Positions 61,707 through 64,000 of a DNA stretch of 64,000 nucleotides are shown here, in pieces (within the stretch, counting starts at the first letter, position 1; every line of letters begins with the position of its first letter). Where the stretch lies: positions 62,083,597 to 62,147,596 of the forward strand of contig CM074512.1 in assembly GCA_037379345.1 (NCBI GenBank). Direction: 5' to 3'. Under the pieces are notes generated by a model. The model was not told where the DNA came from. It did not search any database and was given only the letters and a program-made list of their open reading frames with translations. This stretch comes from Perna viridis. Lineage: Eukaryota. The position numbers and the translations under genes are program-made.

Positions 61707-64000
61707 GTCAACATGTGTCAGAGAATAATTTCATTGTGCCACACAGTTTATATTATAAGCAGATTTCTTAGTCAAGTTAAGTATTTCTTAAAAAGCCAAT
61801 TATTATTTTACTACCTGATAAAAAAAAAGGTTATGAATGATTTATTTTCTTGAAAAAAGATGTTTTATTTTTAGTGATCAGATAATACTTCGGAAGCTCC
61901 AAACTTACATTTAAACATTCTATGTTTCAAAGTAAATTTTTTTTTGGTTAGATGTACATGCTATAGAAAGTTCTTAAAATGACCAGACCAGTTGAAATTG
62001 TTTATCAGTTTTATATAATGACTTTACATATATATGTGTTCTAAGATCATTTGAAAGGGGAAGTAAACATGGTTGATTATTTCCTGATTCTGAGAGGAAA
62101 TTTAAGCTACCTGGTGTAGACTTACAATTATATAAATGTACTTAATGATCTATTACTGCTTAAAACTATGATATAAATTGATATTGTATTCTAAGTAAGC
62201 TGGCTCTCAAAGCATCATCAGCAAGAGATTCAAGACACCAATTACAGAAACCTGATCAGGGTTTCGAATTGATTTTCAAGAGTGGAAGGTCATCAACTTT
62301 CCAAGTATCAAATCAGTTGTTCTCTTTAGGAAAACCAAAAATTCTCAACCGTGTTCTCCCCATAAATTTGAAAAAAAGCAGTGTTTATTGGACAAAGCAC
62401 AGCTCTTTAATATTTTCTTCAATATTACTGGAAGTGCCCGAAGTGCATTTAAACTGAAGCTAATTTCAGATAGAACACTGCATAAAATAGCAATGCGGAG
62501 CACAGAGCTACATTGGTCTGGGGGAGAACTCTGTTCAATGAAGTGTCAATGGTTTAAGGACTAGGACCAGGATAAATAAAACTTGAAAAGTCTCGAGTCA
62601 GAAATTAAGTGTCTTGGACCTCAGACCACCATTAATTCCAACCCCTACCCAATGTTCTATAGAATAGCTGCTACCCCCTGATTTGAAAGTCTTTGTAATG
62701 GTAATCCCATGCTTAAGTCCACAACCTATTTGTTAAAGCACATAGGGAGTTGTTATATACATTATAATACAAGCTTGCCTCTCTCATTTGGTTCATTGAT
62801 GTCTTGTTTTGTCCTTTCTCATTCTTCAGTATGAACTGTTGTGTAAAGAGTAATTTCCCCTCCGAGGCTTCCTGCATATTTAGTGTTCCTTCATTCTTCA
62901 GGGATCATGTTATAAACTTAAATCTAGAAGCATATTATGTCAGTGCCTTAACAATGTTAATGTGCTAATGTGCCTCTGAGTCATTGAAGTTCATATACTG
63001 TATATAATTTCCCTATCAAGTAAACTATACACATAGGACATGGGAACCAGTCAGGAACCAGCTGGGAATATGAATGAATCAGTGAAAACTCCTAGAATCT
63101 ATTTATTTCAGTGGTGTGATATGTGGATTGCTATATCAATATCGAAGAACTAATTTGACTGTCTAGTAATTATAGTTAGGGTGAAAAAGGCAAATGTTTA
63201 CAGTAAATTGATCTAAATCATGGTCGGCAAGGATGATCAATTAAAATACTAGTGTCAGTCGATATTTCCCTTATATAGAAATTAGTGCTGAATTACTAAG
63301 GCTTTATATTTTCTCTGATGTCTTTCCTGGGTTATTGGGTTCATTTAGAGAAACAATAGAGAACTAAGGTTTTTCTACTGGGTTCAAAGCTTAGAATCAA
63401 CTCTTGTTCCTAAAGAGGTTCAGATACAATACATGTACTTTTTGGATCAACATTAACTTATTTTTTGATAGTGTAAAAACAACTTCTTTTTTGATTGTAA
63501 AATGTGTCAATGTTCAATTATCTCAAAGGTATTTACCTTTACAGAATCTCACAAATTCTGGATTTTTAGGTCATTTTCATAAAATATGGCAAAAAATTCG
63601 AATTGTCATAATGTGCATTTATTGTAGCATAAACAGGTCTTTTATCTGTAGAATATGCTGTATATACATGTACATGTAAGAAAGGCAATTGATCTGTAAA
63701 TGAATAGCTGAAAGTGTTTCTCTGAATTGCTTCTATAAAACATTATTATTTCAATCTACTGATCTGTTTCATGATTACAATCCAAGGATATACAGATCAT
63801 AAAATATGAACTGAAGACAGGTGAGACTAAGTACAATTGATATAAAGAAATCAACAAGAACACATTTCTTCTCTCCTATCCCTTGTCCTTGTACAAATAT
63901 TTGATCTGATCTGTGGTGTAAAATATGTGAAGTATTTTTTTCTGCCAATAATGATAGGAGGTGAACAGTATAGCCATTGTATGTTTTAGACAGATGCTTG

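Noticed and set aside
59385-64000. Search for LRCH exon 3
   Set aside because: No segment encoding the expected RNQLS.LP-type continuation was found. It presumably lies beyond the window.

Overview
Eukaryotic, AT-rich, intron-containing animal DNA. The repeat families and gene style suggest a bivalve mollusc (inference). It holds five + strand genes: an intronless 802-aa LRR-only protein (148-2556); an intronless BTB/3-box protein (5444-6298); a two-coding-exon type-I membrane protein with a PPxY motif (21332-22921); a complete 20-coding-exon Cullin-3 (28398-46931, 759 aa by my reconstruction); and the first two exons of an LRCH gene (51779-59384, continuing past the window). CUL3 needs two non-canonical introns to stay in frame: a GC-AG intron, and a U12 (minor spliceosome) intron with rare AT-AA ends just before the neddylation-site exon. 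It also carries a degenerate duplicate acceptor that would introduce a stop. The rest is transposon-rich: seven 3' fragments of a Penelope-like (probably Naiad-type) retroelement sharing a candidate structured RNA, a 5'-truncated CR1/L2-type LINE with a 12-bp TSD, a MITE-containing higher-order minisatellite, several MITEs, SINE-like and Helentron-like relics, and several ~110-145 bp palindromes. All calls were read by eye; no searches were run.
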